Source of the DNA: Pseudobdellovibrionaceae bacterium
Lineage (GTDB): Bacteria > Bdellovibrionota > Bdellovibrionia > Bdellovibrionales > Bdellovibrionaceae
Direction of reading: 5' to 3'
Assembly: GCA_041288045.1 (NCBI GenBank)
Contig: JBGGMM010000093.1
Coordinates: forward strand, 1 to 18,739
Length of the DNA: 18,739 nucleotides
The notes beneath the pieces are model-generated. The model ran no database searches. It worked only from the letters and a program-made list of their open reading frames with translations, and was not told where the DNA came from. Position 1 is the first letter of the stretch; every line of letters starts with the position of its first letter. Made by a program: the position numbers and the translations under genes. Shown here in pieces: positions 1 to 7,972 of the stretch.

Positions 1-4
1 TTTT

Positions 5-562
5 TTAACCGCCAGTTGATGATCCGCCAGTTGATGATCCGCCAGTTGATGATCCGCCAGTTGATGATCCGCCAGTTGATGATCCGCCAGTTGATGATCC
101 GCCAGTTGATGATCCGCCACCATTACATGGGTGGAGGGGGCCGTTGGGGCATGTTCCATTTGAAGAGCCGCCAATGCTAGAGCCTCCAGTGGTGCTTCCT
201 CCGACATTGGAGCCACCAGTGGTGCCGCCGCCATTCGAATTGCCGTTGGCATTTCCGTTTGAGTTTCCATTGGCGTTGCCATTCGCATTTCCATTTGATG
301 AGCCACCATTATTGGAGCCACCGGTGCTGCTTCCGCCTGTAGAGCCACCGCCGGCATTGCCGTTGGAGCCTTCATTTCCTTGATTGCCGGGGCCGGTGTT
401 GCCGTTTCCGTTGCCATTATTTCCAGTGCAGAGCTTGGGGTTCTTGCTGCAATCAAATGGTTTGCCATTGTTGTCATTGCTGGTTTTGGCGTAACCAGGC
501 TGAGAAGCCAAAAAGGCCATGATGGCCAGCCAACGGGCAATTTGAAGAGAAAAGGATTTCAT
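5..562 (-). CDS. Secreted low-complexity Gly/Ser/Asn/Thr-rich protein (185 aa; 3' end possibly artefactual at window edge)
   Basis: Start moved from ORF-track 628 to ATG at 562, preceded by AGGAG (CCCAGGAGCCGTTC-ATG). Signal-peptide-like N-terminus MKSFSLQIARWLAIMAFLASQPGYA; two Cys pairs (CSKNPKLC, CPNGPLHPC) flank NG/GGSS low-complexity tracts; ends in (GSSTG)n. Confidence 0.75.
   Translation of the reverse strand: MKSFSLQIARWLAIMAFLASQPGYAKTSNDNNGKPFDCSKNPKLCTGNNGNGNGNTGPGNQGNEGSNGNAGGGSTGGSSTGGSNNGGSSNGNANGNANGNSNGNANGNSNGGGTTGGSNVGGSTTGGSSIGGSSNGTCPNGPLHPCNGGGSSTGGSSTGGSSTGGSSTGGSSTGGSSTGGSSTGG
11..115. repeat. Perfect tandem repeat, 7 x 15 bp (GCCAGTTGATGATCC), coding GSSTG on the minus strand
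   Basis: Exact copies start at 11, 26, 41, 56, 71, 86 and 101, plus partial copies on each side; no synonymous variation between copies. Confidence 0.97.
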
Positions 563-829
563 GAACGGCTCCTGGGATTTAAATCCGCGGTCAGAGGGTG
601 AGAGATCAGTTTCGCTGATCACTTGCAATTTCTGGAATCAGGTCGATCTTCTTTCATGGCTTCAAAAAGAGATCAAGTTCTGCTTCAAAGATGTCTTTCT
701 TTTGTGCAGTTTCATGAGGAAGAAACGAAATCCAAAAGATTCCAGTGCTGTTTAAATTTGGTTTTGGCTTCAAAGCCTCTAAAGAAATTTCTCAAGGCCG
801 GCGAGAATTGTCAGTCGATATGAGGAAGC

Positions 830-851
830 CGACAGGAAATTTTTCCTGTCG
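830..851. promoter_or_regulatory. 22-bp inverted repeat CGACAGGAAA-TT-TTTCCTGTCG (operator-like site or hairpin)
   Basis: 10-bp arms at 830-839 and 842-851 are exact reverse complements; lies ~50 bp downstream of the 911-aa gene stop, with no clear U-tract on the minus strand. Confidence 0.45.
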
Positions 852-902
852 AACTTTTCAAAGAGTGACGGCGTTGGGCAGTCTCCAGGAGATCTGGACG
901 GC

Positions 903-3638
903 TCAATCTGCCGAGTAAGCGGAGCTGGGGGGAGTGAAATTCGAAGTCCAGCGGAGAACTTGGCTGATGCGGATTTCGTCGATGGACCCAGAAAGAAATC
1001 GTTGGCCATTGGTGGCTCCAATGGTCAGTGGCGTGTTGCTATTATCGAATAAACTCACGGCGCCAGAGCCTAAAACGGCGGAGCCGATCAATTGGCCGGC
1101 GAAATAAATTTTCACAGTTCCCTGATCCCAAGTGAAGGCGACATGAGTGTAACCAGTCTGCAAAGCTGTTTTTTGTGAAGTGGTGAGATTGGCAGAGTCG
1201 ACTTTCGTCACACTGGTTCCATTGAGGCTTCCCTCGAAATACAAACGGTAATTCACACCTAATTTTTTTATTCCGAATTCCCAGCCCATCTGGTTTTTAG
1301 CCCCCATTCGAGCCAGGATCACTGAGTTGGAAGTGGTCAGGGTGGGAGTTTTCACAAAAGCTTCCACTGTCATTCGGGTCAGTGTCTGGGCCAATGAGGC
1401 GCTGGGCGCAGCTGAAAGAAACTGAGTGCTGCCATTGAAACTTCGAGCTTGAGAAAAAGCGCCCTGAGAGTTGTTGGTCGTTCCATTGTTGGTCAGAGGA
1501 TTGTTATTGGGAGCTGCAAAGCCACCGCTATCCAAATTGGGATTGGCCGAATCCAAATGATAAAGAGCGACCGTTTTCGCCGCCGATTGGCTCCAATTGA
1601 AATTGGCAGGAGTGAGGTCAGAATTTCCGGCTTCATCACGAGCGCGAACACTGACGCTGTGAGAGCCAAGCGAAAGGCCACTCAAGGTCAGTGGTGAACT
1701 GCAACTCGTAAAAGCGGCGCCATCCACCTGGCATTCAAAGCTTCCGGTTTCTGTCGAAGCGAAAGCAAAGGTGGCTGAATTGCCAAAATTGGGATTGGTT
1801 GGAGTCTGGCTCAGATTTGTTTCAGGTGCCAGGCGATCCAGAATCCATTGCAAATGGGTGGCGCTTGATTCAAGCCCAGCCAAAGAGGATTGTTTCAAGT
1901 TCAACTGAAAAATTCCATCCGTTGTTTTTTGCACTGAAAACAGAAAACTTGAATTGGCGCAAATTTGATTCCATTTTCCCGCAGGTTCAAGAATTTCATC
2001 TGCAGAAAGATCACCACCTAAGACCACTTTCATACCATTGATGCAACCGCCAGATAGAGTCAATTGAGTCGAGTTCGACAGATAAGGTGAAGAGGCCGGG
2101 GCGCTCAAAGTAGGCGAAGCCGGGATGACGGAATCTCGCACCCAAGTGAAAGCAAGGCTTCCAGAGGTGTTTTGGGCTTCGTCTTTCTGGTGGATTTGGA
2201 ATTGGTAAGTGGCATCTTGATCTGCAGTCACTTGAAATTGAAATGCTGATTCCAGGCAAGGAGTGTTGAGCTCACGATCTCCTGTCAGAAAAACTTGAGC
2301 TCCGCTTTCGCATTGACCCGTCAAGCTGAGATTTCCGGAGGAGTGAAATGGGGAGCTGACGGGCGAAAGCAGGGTTGGAGCCAAAGGAGCCTGAGTGTCT
2401 CGAACCCAAGTCATTGAAACAGGTGAAGAGCTGAGCATGGTGGCTGGATTTCGCTGAGATAAAGAATAGCTGTAAGTGCCGTCTGTGCTCTGTGAATCAG
2501 TGAATGAAAATCCAGAAGCCACACAAGTCGCTGTTTGAATGCTGCTGCCAGAAAGAAGCACAGTGAATCCCGTTTGGCAACTTCCGCTCAAAGTAAGAGA
2601 GCTTTGATTGGAGGGAAAGGGAGAGATTGAAGGAGAACTCAAAACTGGTGGCAGAGGGAGAGCTGTGTCTCGGATCCACAGAAAGTTCGTCAGCGCCGAT
2701 AAATTGCCGGCAGCATCGGTTTGCAAAAGTGAGTAGGAGTAAGTTCCATCGCTTGTTTGGCTCAATGAAAAGTCAAATTGCGACTCTTGGCAGATCTTGG
2801 AACTGGTTGCATCTCCAGAAATCTGAACATTGGCGCCAGCTTCGCATTCACCCAAAAGGTGCAATTGGTTTTCTGAAGAAGTGTAGGGACTGCTGATGGG
2901 ACTTTGCAGAGTGGGAGCCGCAGGGGCCACAGTGTCTCGTCGCCAAATCAAGGAAACAGAAGCTGAAGTGGCCCCATTGGCATCCTCTTGAATTAAATTG
3001 TAAGTTTTTTGCCCGTCGATCACCTGGGACACTGTCAGTGAGAACGACGATGATTCACAGCTTACTTTTTGCGTGCTATCGCCAGAAAGACGAATTTGAT
3101 TTCCATTGAGGCAAGTGCCTGTGAGCGTGAGAGAATCGGTTTTGGACTCGTAGGGAGAGTGAGTGGGGAAATTTAAAACCGGGGCAGGCACGAAGGAATT
3201 TCGAACCCAGATCAAGGACACTGGGCTTGAGCTATTGCCGGCGGCATCCGTTTGCTTGATTTGAAAAGTGTAGCTCGCATCGCTCGTTTTTGAGACTGCG
3301 AATGAAAAAGCACCCAACTCGGAGCAAACTGTGGCCTGGCTGTCGTCTCCGCTGAGTTCCACTTGGGCTGTGGGCTCGCAGCTTCCGCCGAGGAGCAATT
3401 GGCTGCCACTGAAATGATAGGGGTTGGTGGCCGGGTTGATCAGTGTGATGGTCTCTGGAGCTGTGGTGTCAGGCAAAGTAGTTGTGGTCGTCGTTGTTGT
3501 TGTTGTGGACTCGCTGGCTTCTTCTTCAGCCAGTTTTTCAATCATTTCATCGGGAGTTTTGGCCCCACAGCCTGAAAGCAAAAGGACACAAAACAAAGCT
3601 TGAAAAAGACGGTGACATTTTGAAAATTTGAAAGTCAT
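903..3638 (-). CDS. Large surface lipoprotein/adhesin: Thr linker, tandem Ig-like repeats, C-terminal LamG-like (concanavalin A jellyroll) domain (911 aa)
   Basis: Lipobox LLLSGC (Cys24); poly-Thr linker; six ~90-aa repeats ending in W(V/R/I)xD/N; a seventh Ig-like unit (FECQVDGAAFTSCSSP...VRARDEAGN); LamG-type motifs TVEAFVK, THVAFTWD, GSIDEIRIS. Confidence 0.9.
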   Translation of the reverse strand: MTFKFSKCHRLFQALFCVLLLSGCGAKTPDEMIEKLAEEEASESTTTTTTTTTTLPDTTAPETITLINPATNPYHFSGSQLLLGGSCEPTAQVELSGDDSQATVCSELGAFSFAVSKTSDASYTFQIKQTDAAGNSSSPVSLIWVRNSFVPAPVLNFPTHSPYESKTDSLTLTGTCLNGNQIRLSGDSTQKVSCESSSFSLTVSQVIDGQKTYNLIQEDANGATSASVSLIWRRDTVAPAAPTLQSPISSPYTSSENQLHLLGECEAGANVQISGDATSSKICQESQFDFSLSQTSDGTYSYSLLQTDAAGNLSALTNFLWIRDTALPLPPVLSSPSISPFPSNQSSLTLSGSCQTGFTVLLSGSSIQTATCVASGFSFTDSQSTDGTYSYSLSQRNPATMLSSSPVSMTWVRDTQAPLAPTLLSPVSSPFHSSGNLSLTGQCESGAQVFLTGDRELNTPCLESAFQFQVTADQDATYQFQIHQKDEAQNTSGSLAFTWVRDSVIPASPTLSAPASSPYLSNSTQLTLSGGCINGMKVVLGGDLSADEILEPAGKWNQICANSSFLFSVQKTTDGIFQLNLKQSSLAGLESSATHLQWILDRLAPETNLSQTPTNPNFGNSATFAFASTETGSFECQVDGAAFTSCSSPLTLSGLSLGSHSVSVRARDEAGNSDLTPANFNWSQSAAKTVALYHLDSANPNLDSGGFAAPNNNPLTNNGTTNNSQGAFSQARSFNGSTQFLSAAPSASLAQTLTRMTVEAFVKTPTLTTSNSVILARMGAKNQMGWEFGIKKLGVNYRLYFEGSLNGTSVTKVDSANLTTSQKTALQTGYTHVAFTWDQGTVKIYFAGQLIGSAVLGSGAVSLFDNSNTPLTIGATNGQRFLSGSIDEIRISQVLRWTSNFTPPSSAYSAD
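1833..3470 (-). repeat. Six diverged protein-level Ig-like repeats, each with a conserved Cys pair
   Basis: Consensus PxLxSPxxSPYxSxxxxLxLxGxC...VxLSGD...C....F.F......DGxY.Y...Q.D.AGN.S......W.RD is visible six times in the translation. Confidence 0.85.
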
Positions 3639-3896
3639 TACGTAGGTCCTATCTTCTCTTCAGATTTTTGATTCGGCGCTGGAAAATTTTTGGAGGTTTT
3701 ATGACTTTCAGTATCGCATTTCATGAAGAGAGTTTGAAGATTTCCGCCTCGAAAATAGGCTTTTCTGGGTGGCAAATTGGACTTTAGCCAAGAAATGGAA
3801 CCGACAGGTTTATTCACTGGTGACTGGCAGAGTCATTGAGTGTATTTGAGCCGCTTACGGGTTGATTCCAGAAGTGATTCTGACAATCATGAAGCC

Positions 3897-5072
3897 ATGC
3901 GAATCGCGCCCTGCCATTTGGCAAATGCATTCTTGTTTTTAACTCTTCAGTTTTTTTGTTCGCTTGGTTTTGGCTACGCCTCTTTTATTGGCTATGGCTA
4001 CAGCAACTGCATGACCTGCCATTACAATCCCCATGGCAACGGTCAGCTCAATGATTACGGCCGGGCCCTTTTCGCCAGCGAAATCGCCGCTCGTCCTTTT
4101 TGGAATAAAAAAATCAGCGATGAGGAGCTTGCCAAACGTTCCAGCTTTACTTTTCAAGAGCCAACTCCTCGAGCGATTCATCCCTCTTTCAAATACCGAG
4201 ATCTGTATTTAACCGCAAACCCCGGAGGCGGTGGGACGCAAAGACGGATTCTCATGCAAGCCGACGCCGGGTTGGCCTGGCATTTTGACGAGAAAGACAA
4301 ATACATTCTTGTCTTATCGGCTGGCTACACTCCGGAGCCGGTGAATGCGAGCATTGAGAAGGAAGCTTGGAACTACCATCTGATTTCCCGTGAGCATTAC
4401 CTTCGAATGCAACTTTCTGAGGGGCATTTTCTCTCTGTCGGCTTGATTGATATTCCCTATGGGATTCGCATCGTCGATCACACCGCTTTAAGCCGAGTGG
4501 GAATTGGCTTGGATCAAAACTCGCAAGTGCACGGAGTTCTCTACAATTACGTTGAAGATAAAATTCTTTTTGGACTGCATGGTTTTGTCGGCAATCAAAT
4601 GCGTAATGAAATTGACAGAGTCAATGGCGGCAGCGCCACTTTTGAATACGAAGTCGGCGAAAAAATCACTCTCGGAGCTTCGGCTTTTCATGGAGTTCGA
4701 GACACTGGCAAACAGAGCCTTCTGGGTTTTCACACTCGGGTGGGAGTTGGGAAGGGATCAAGCCTCATGGCCGAATGGGGACTCAATCGCTTGGAGCCTA
4801 AAATGGGTGATGCCACAACCGGAAATTATGGCCTTGTGGTGGGAACCATGCGTTTGGTTCGCGGGCTTGATTTTGAAACTCAGTTTGAAATGTTGAAAAG
4901 TTCTTTTCAGGAAAGCTCTGATGAGCTCTATCGCACTTCTGTCGGTCTGATTTATTTTCCATTTCAAAGATTAGAGCTTCGCAGTCGTGTGGTTGACGGT
5001 CGAAGCCTTTCACCCAACGAAGTGAAAGGAGACACATGGTCCATCCAAAGCCAATTGCATCTCTCCTTGTGA
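3897..5072 (+). CDS. Monohaem cytochrome c / outer-membrane beta-barrel fusion (Cyc2-like architecture), 391 aa
   Basis: Likely start ATG at 3897 gives signal peptide MRIAPCHLANAFLFLTLQFFCSLGFG; CMTCH at 4008-4022 about 11 residues after the predicted cleavage site, followed by GNGQLNDYGR; the rest has alternating amphipathic beta-strands and ends WSIQSQLHLSL. Confidence 0.8.
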   Translation: MRIAPCHLANAFLFLTLQFFCSLGFGYASFIGYGYSNCMTCHYNPHGNGQLNDYGRALFASEIAARPFWNKKISDEELAKRSSFTFQEPTPRAIHPSFKYRDLYLTANPGGGGTQRRILMQADAGLAWHFDEKDKYILVLSAGYTPEPVNASIEKEAWNYHLISREHYLRMQLSEGHFLSVGLIDIPYGIRIVDHTALSRVGIGLDQNSQVHGVLYNYVEDKILFGLHGFVGNQMRNEIDRVNGGSATFEYEVGEKITLGASAFHGVRDTGKQSLLGFHTRVGVGKGSSLMAEWGLNRLEPKMGDATTGNYGLVVGTMRLVRGLDFETQFEMLKSSFQESSDELYRTSVGLIYFPFQRLELRSRVVDGRSLSPNEVKGDTWSIQSQLHLSL

Positions 5073-5614
5073 TCGGACTGATTGTTTTTTCTTCCTGGGC
5101 CCAAGCTGAAATTCAGCGCTCGGTGGGAGTTGGATTTATGAGTTGGCCCGAGCAGGTGGATGTCACAGACAGCACCAAAAGAAGCTTTCCTTCCACTGCA
5201 CAATTCTACACTCCGTCTTTTCATTACGGACACCGGGATTATCGCAATCGCGATGGTTATCTTTATGAAGGCTATGCTTTTTTCGGAAGCGCCGACATTG
5301 AATCCGGCGGAGGACTGACCTATTTTCAGCGACGAGTTCCTGTTTATGGATTTGGCGGAGCCGTGGGTTGGTATTTCAGACCCAACAGCCGACAAGTGAA
5401 CATCGGCTTTTCTTTGCCAATGCAAATTCGCCATGCCCAGTGGACAGACCCTCCAGGCGGCGGAGAAGTCAGCAATAAAAATCTGATCGCCATCGGCGCC
5501 GTCATCGATGCCCGTTGGCGCCTCACTCGAGATTTCGCCATCAACCAAAGATTCGGCGGCTTTCTGGGTTACAAAAGCGCCCTGTGGATGATGAACGTGG
5601 AGTGGACTCTCTGA
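5036..5614 (+). CDS. Small outer-membrane beta-barrel protein (192 aa)
   Basis: RBS AAGGAG 5 nt before ATG; signal peptide ending WAQA; Gly/aromatic alternating strands (YLYEGYAFFG, GFGGAVGWYF, VNIGFSLPM); C-terminal WMMNVEWTL; overlaps the upstream gene by 37 bp. Confidence 0.8.
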   Translation: MVHPKPIASLLVIGLIVFSSWAQAEIQRSVGVGFMSWPEQVDVTDSTKRSFPSTAQFYTPSFHYGHRDYRNRDGYLYEGYAFFGSADIESGGGLTYFQRRVPVYGFGGAVGWYFRPNSRQVNIGFSLPMQIRHAQWTDPPGGGEVSNKNLIAIGAVIDARWRLTRDFAINQRFGGFLGYKSALWMMNVEWTL

Positions 5615-5617
5615 TTT

Positions 5618-6289
5618 TCAATTGTCCATGGCGCCGGCGTTGATCCAGTCGCGGATAGCTTGGATTTGGGCTGAGCTGAGGGCTCCGCCTTGTGGCATTC
5701 GGCCGGCGTTGGGGACTCCGACGGTGACGGCTCGGTAAAGAAGACTGTTGTCGGCGTTTCCGGCAGTGACGGCTCTCATGACTTCGGCATAAGAATTAAA
5801 TCGCTGTTGAGAGTTTCTGGTGTTGTGGCAATTGGCGCAGATGGGGGTGAAGACTCGGTCTCGAAGCACAGAGAAGCGGGGCTCGATCATGCCGCCACCA
5901 GGAGCACCTGGGCTCGTCGGATCTTCAGCCAATCCCACAATCCACAATTTTAATATTTCAAGTTCCATTTCATCCAAGCTGGGTCGAAGCTGCGGCATCA
6001 AGCCCTGACTGGTCTGTTGATAAATGGGGGACAGCTCGGGTTCGCCGGGAACCACCAAGCGGGAGTAAATCAAATAATCCACATTGGCGATATCACTGAT
6101 GTTGCCGTTGACGTTTTCTGGATTGTGGCATTCCACGCAGTGCTTATTCAAAATCACCACAGCCGAACTTTGCAAGCTCTCTTGGCTATTGAGATCGGTT
6201 GAAGCTTCATACACCAGCTCCGACGGCTTTCCGCAATTTTGGAACAGAAGCAGAGTCAGAATGGAAAGTCCTAAAACCCAATACTTCAA
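5618..6289 (-). CDS. Dihaem c-type cytochrome lipoprotein with two planctomycete-cytochrome-C-like domains (223 aa)
   Basis: Probable TTG start at 6289 behind GAGG (ORF track starts at 6328); lipobox LLLFQNC; CVECH (6125-6139) and CANCH (5825-5839), each followed by a V(P/T)(x)G...S.(I/L)Y segment, an MPQ distal-ligand candidate and a W-I closing helix. Confidence 0.88.
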   Translation of the reverse strand: MKYWVLGLSILTLLLFQNCGKPSELVYEASTDLNSQESLQSSAVVILNKHCVECHNPENVNGNISDIANVDYLIYSRLVVPGEPELSPIYQQTSQGLMPQLRPSLDEMELEILKLWIVGLAEDPTSPGAPGGGMIEPRFSVLRDRVFTPICANCHNTRNSQQRFNSYAEVMRAVTAGNADNSLLYRAVTVGVPNAGRMPQGGALSSAQIQAIRDWINAGAMDN

Positions 6290-6297
6290 ATCACACC

Positions 6298-7962
6298 TCA
6301 GTTGTTTTGTGCCCCAGCAGCGAGCCATTCAGTGATCAAATCAATCTCATTTTGGGGTCGATATCCATCCAGTGGCATGGATTGAAGGCCTTCTAGCTCG
6401 GCCAGATCAGCCCGAATCCGCCTGTACATTTTGTGCTGCAAAAGATTGGGATTGCCAGGAACGATGATTCCCTTGCTGACCATCTCTCGGTAATCGGTCA
6501 TGTCGTAACCGCCCTGGCGCTGGACCGAGTTGTGGCATTTCACGCAGTTCACTCCTAAAATGCCTGATTTCGGATTCATCAATTGGGCAAATGTCGGAGC
6601 CGATCCTGTGTAGGCCGGATTGTAATCAGGAAGTGAAATGCGCAAAGTCTTATTTGTTCCCAGCACCGCACCCAATGGATCGCCCAGTTCCAGTCGCAAA
6701 ACCTTGTCCGGGTCATTGCGAAGATCGTCAGAAAAAATAACGTTAAAGGAAACAGTTTTTTGTGAGGGATTGATGTTCAACGAAGTCGATGTGCTGGGAT
6801 CAAACTGATAGTCCCAGTCAAAACGATTTCGCCCTTCGCCGACAATGCCAACAGCTGGGATTTCGCCACTGGGATAAGTCGAGGCGACTTGCACTGGGAC
6901 AGAAATCGGATCCACCATGTCGCCATCGACTTGCACTGTGATTGTGACTTTATTGGCAATTCCCAACTGAGTGGGCTGAATGGTCAAATTCGAAAGAGTG
7001 AATCTCACGCTCGGAGGTGGCGGTGGCGCCGGCAGGTCAATGATTTCAATATTGTTCAATTGAACAGCCAAAGTGTCACTGGCACCCAGGGGCCCGACAG
7101 AAACCAAAGATCCCGGCGAGAGCAAGGCTGTCGTTCCCATGTAAGCATTGATATCCAGATTCTTAAATGTCGTCGCATAACTGATCGGAAAACCGTTCAG
7201 CCGAAAATTCAGACCCTTGACGTGAAGACTCGAAGTTCCGACTTTCAAAGTGGGAAGAGAAAACACATAAGCTGTTTCACCAGAGGGAATCAGCATCCCG
7301 GTCACAGTCACGGAAAGCTGCACTCCAGTCAGATTGGGAATGGTTTTGCCATTGAGTGAGACCAAAGAAGAATTGAGATTCCAAGTCAGCACTCGACGAT
7401 CAAAGTTGGTGATGGTGACATTGGCTCCATTCACCCGAGTGGTTGTTGTGGTTCCATTGATTTTTGGAATCAGCTGAGAAGCAGTTTCAAATTCAGGTTT
7501 GTAAACTTCGGCCACAGGCGTGGTCGTCCCGCATTGGGCCTTGTCTCTTTGATAGGTCTGCCATTGCAAGCGAAAGGAGCTGATCACTTCGGTGTTTTGG
7601 CTCCCGGTGTAGGGTGGGTTGTGAGAGCCGCTGACTGCGTACTGTGAAATTTTCGAATATCCCACCTGCATAAATCCGGCAAAGGCCGTTTTCACATCTG
7701 GAGAAGCAAAAGTTCCCTTTCCGGGTCCATCGACATGGCAGTTTTTGCAAGTGTAGCTCAGGAAGGGATGAAAGCCCCGAGAAAAAACGGTGATGTCTTC
7801 TTCGCTGCAGATATCAGCTGCATTGTAAGTGACAATGCCACTGCTGCTAAAGCTTGTGAAATTTTCGGCAGTTTGACCTTTTCCACAATTGTTATAGAAA
7901 ACGACAAGGCCTAAGCCCAAGCCGAATACTCCTAACAAGCGGAAAAGTTTTTTTGTTCTCAC
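6298..7962 (-). CDS. Dihaem cytochrome c lipoprotein with central beta-rich and Calx-beta-like domains (554 aa)
   Basis: Probable GTG start at 7962 behind AAGGAAG; lipobox VFYNNC; CKNCH (7735-7749); poly-Pro hinge then Calx-beta-like segment (SVRF...VSFNVIFSDDLRNDPDKVLRLEL); C-terminal CVKCH (6532-6546)...IVPGNP...SMP...EWLAAGAQNN. Confidence 0.88.
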   Translation of the reverse strand: MRTKKLFRLLGVFGLGLGLVVFYNNCGKGQTAENFTSFSSSGIVTYNAADICSEEDITVFSRGFHPFLSYTCKNCHVDGPGKGTFASPDVKTAFAGFMQVGYSKISQYAVSGSHNPPYTGSQNTEVISSFRLQWQTYQRDKAQCGTTTPVAEVYKPEFETASQLIPKINGTTTTTRVNGANVTITNFDRRVLTWNLNSSLVSLNGKTIPNLTGVQLSVTVTGMLIPSGETAYVFSLPTLKVGTSSLHVKGLNFRLNGFPISYATTFKNLDINAYMGTTALLSPGSLVSVGPLGASDTLAVQLNNIEIIDLPAPPPPPSVRFTLSNLTIQPTQLGIANKVTITVQVDGDMVDPISVPVQVASTYPSGEIPAVGIVGEGRNRFDWDYQFDPSTSTSLNINPSQKTVSFNVIFSDDLRNDPDKVLRLELGDPLGAVLGTNKTLRISLPDYNPAYTGSAPTFAQLMNPKSGILGVNCVKCHNSVQRQGGYDMTDYREMVSKGIIVPGNPNLLQHKMYRRIRADLAELEGLQSMPLDGYRPQNEIDLITEWLAAGAQNN

Positions 7963-7972
7963 GTCATCTTCC

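Noticed and set aside
11..115. Possible CRISPR array
   Set aside because: Head-to-tail 15-bp units with no spacers, in frame within a CDS; no cas genes in the window.
144..383. Pro-rich 79-aa plus-strand ORF
   Set aside because: Antisense shadow of the Gly-rich minus-strand gene (Gly codons read as Pro).
629..639. TGATTCCAGAA shared with 3863-3873 upstream of two genes
   Set aside because: Only 11 bp, at different distances from the starts; compatible with chance.
3478..3507. GTT/GTC/GTG triplet run as a contingency repeat
   Set aside because: Mixed codons encoding an ordinary poly-Thr linker.
3897..5072. Assigning gene symbol cyc2 or claiming iron oxidation
   Set aside because: Only the architecture and a short motif resemble Cyc2; function cannot be inferred without HMM, phylogeny and biochemistry.
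4964..5548. 194-aa minus-strand ORF and other short overlapping ORFs in the track (e.g. 6889-7359, 4504-4896)
   Set aside because: They lie antisense or out of frame within better-supported genes and show no recognisable motifs.
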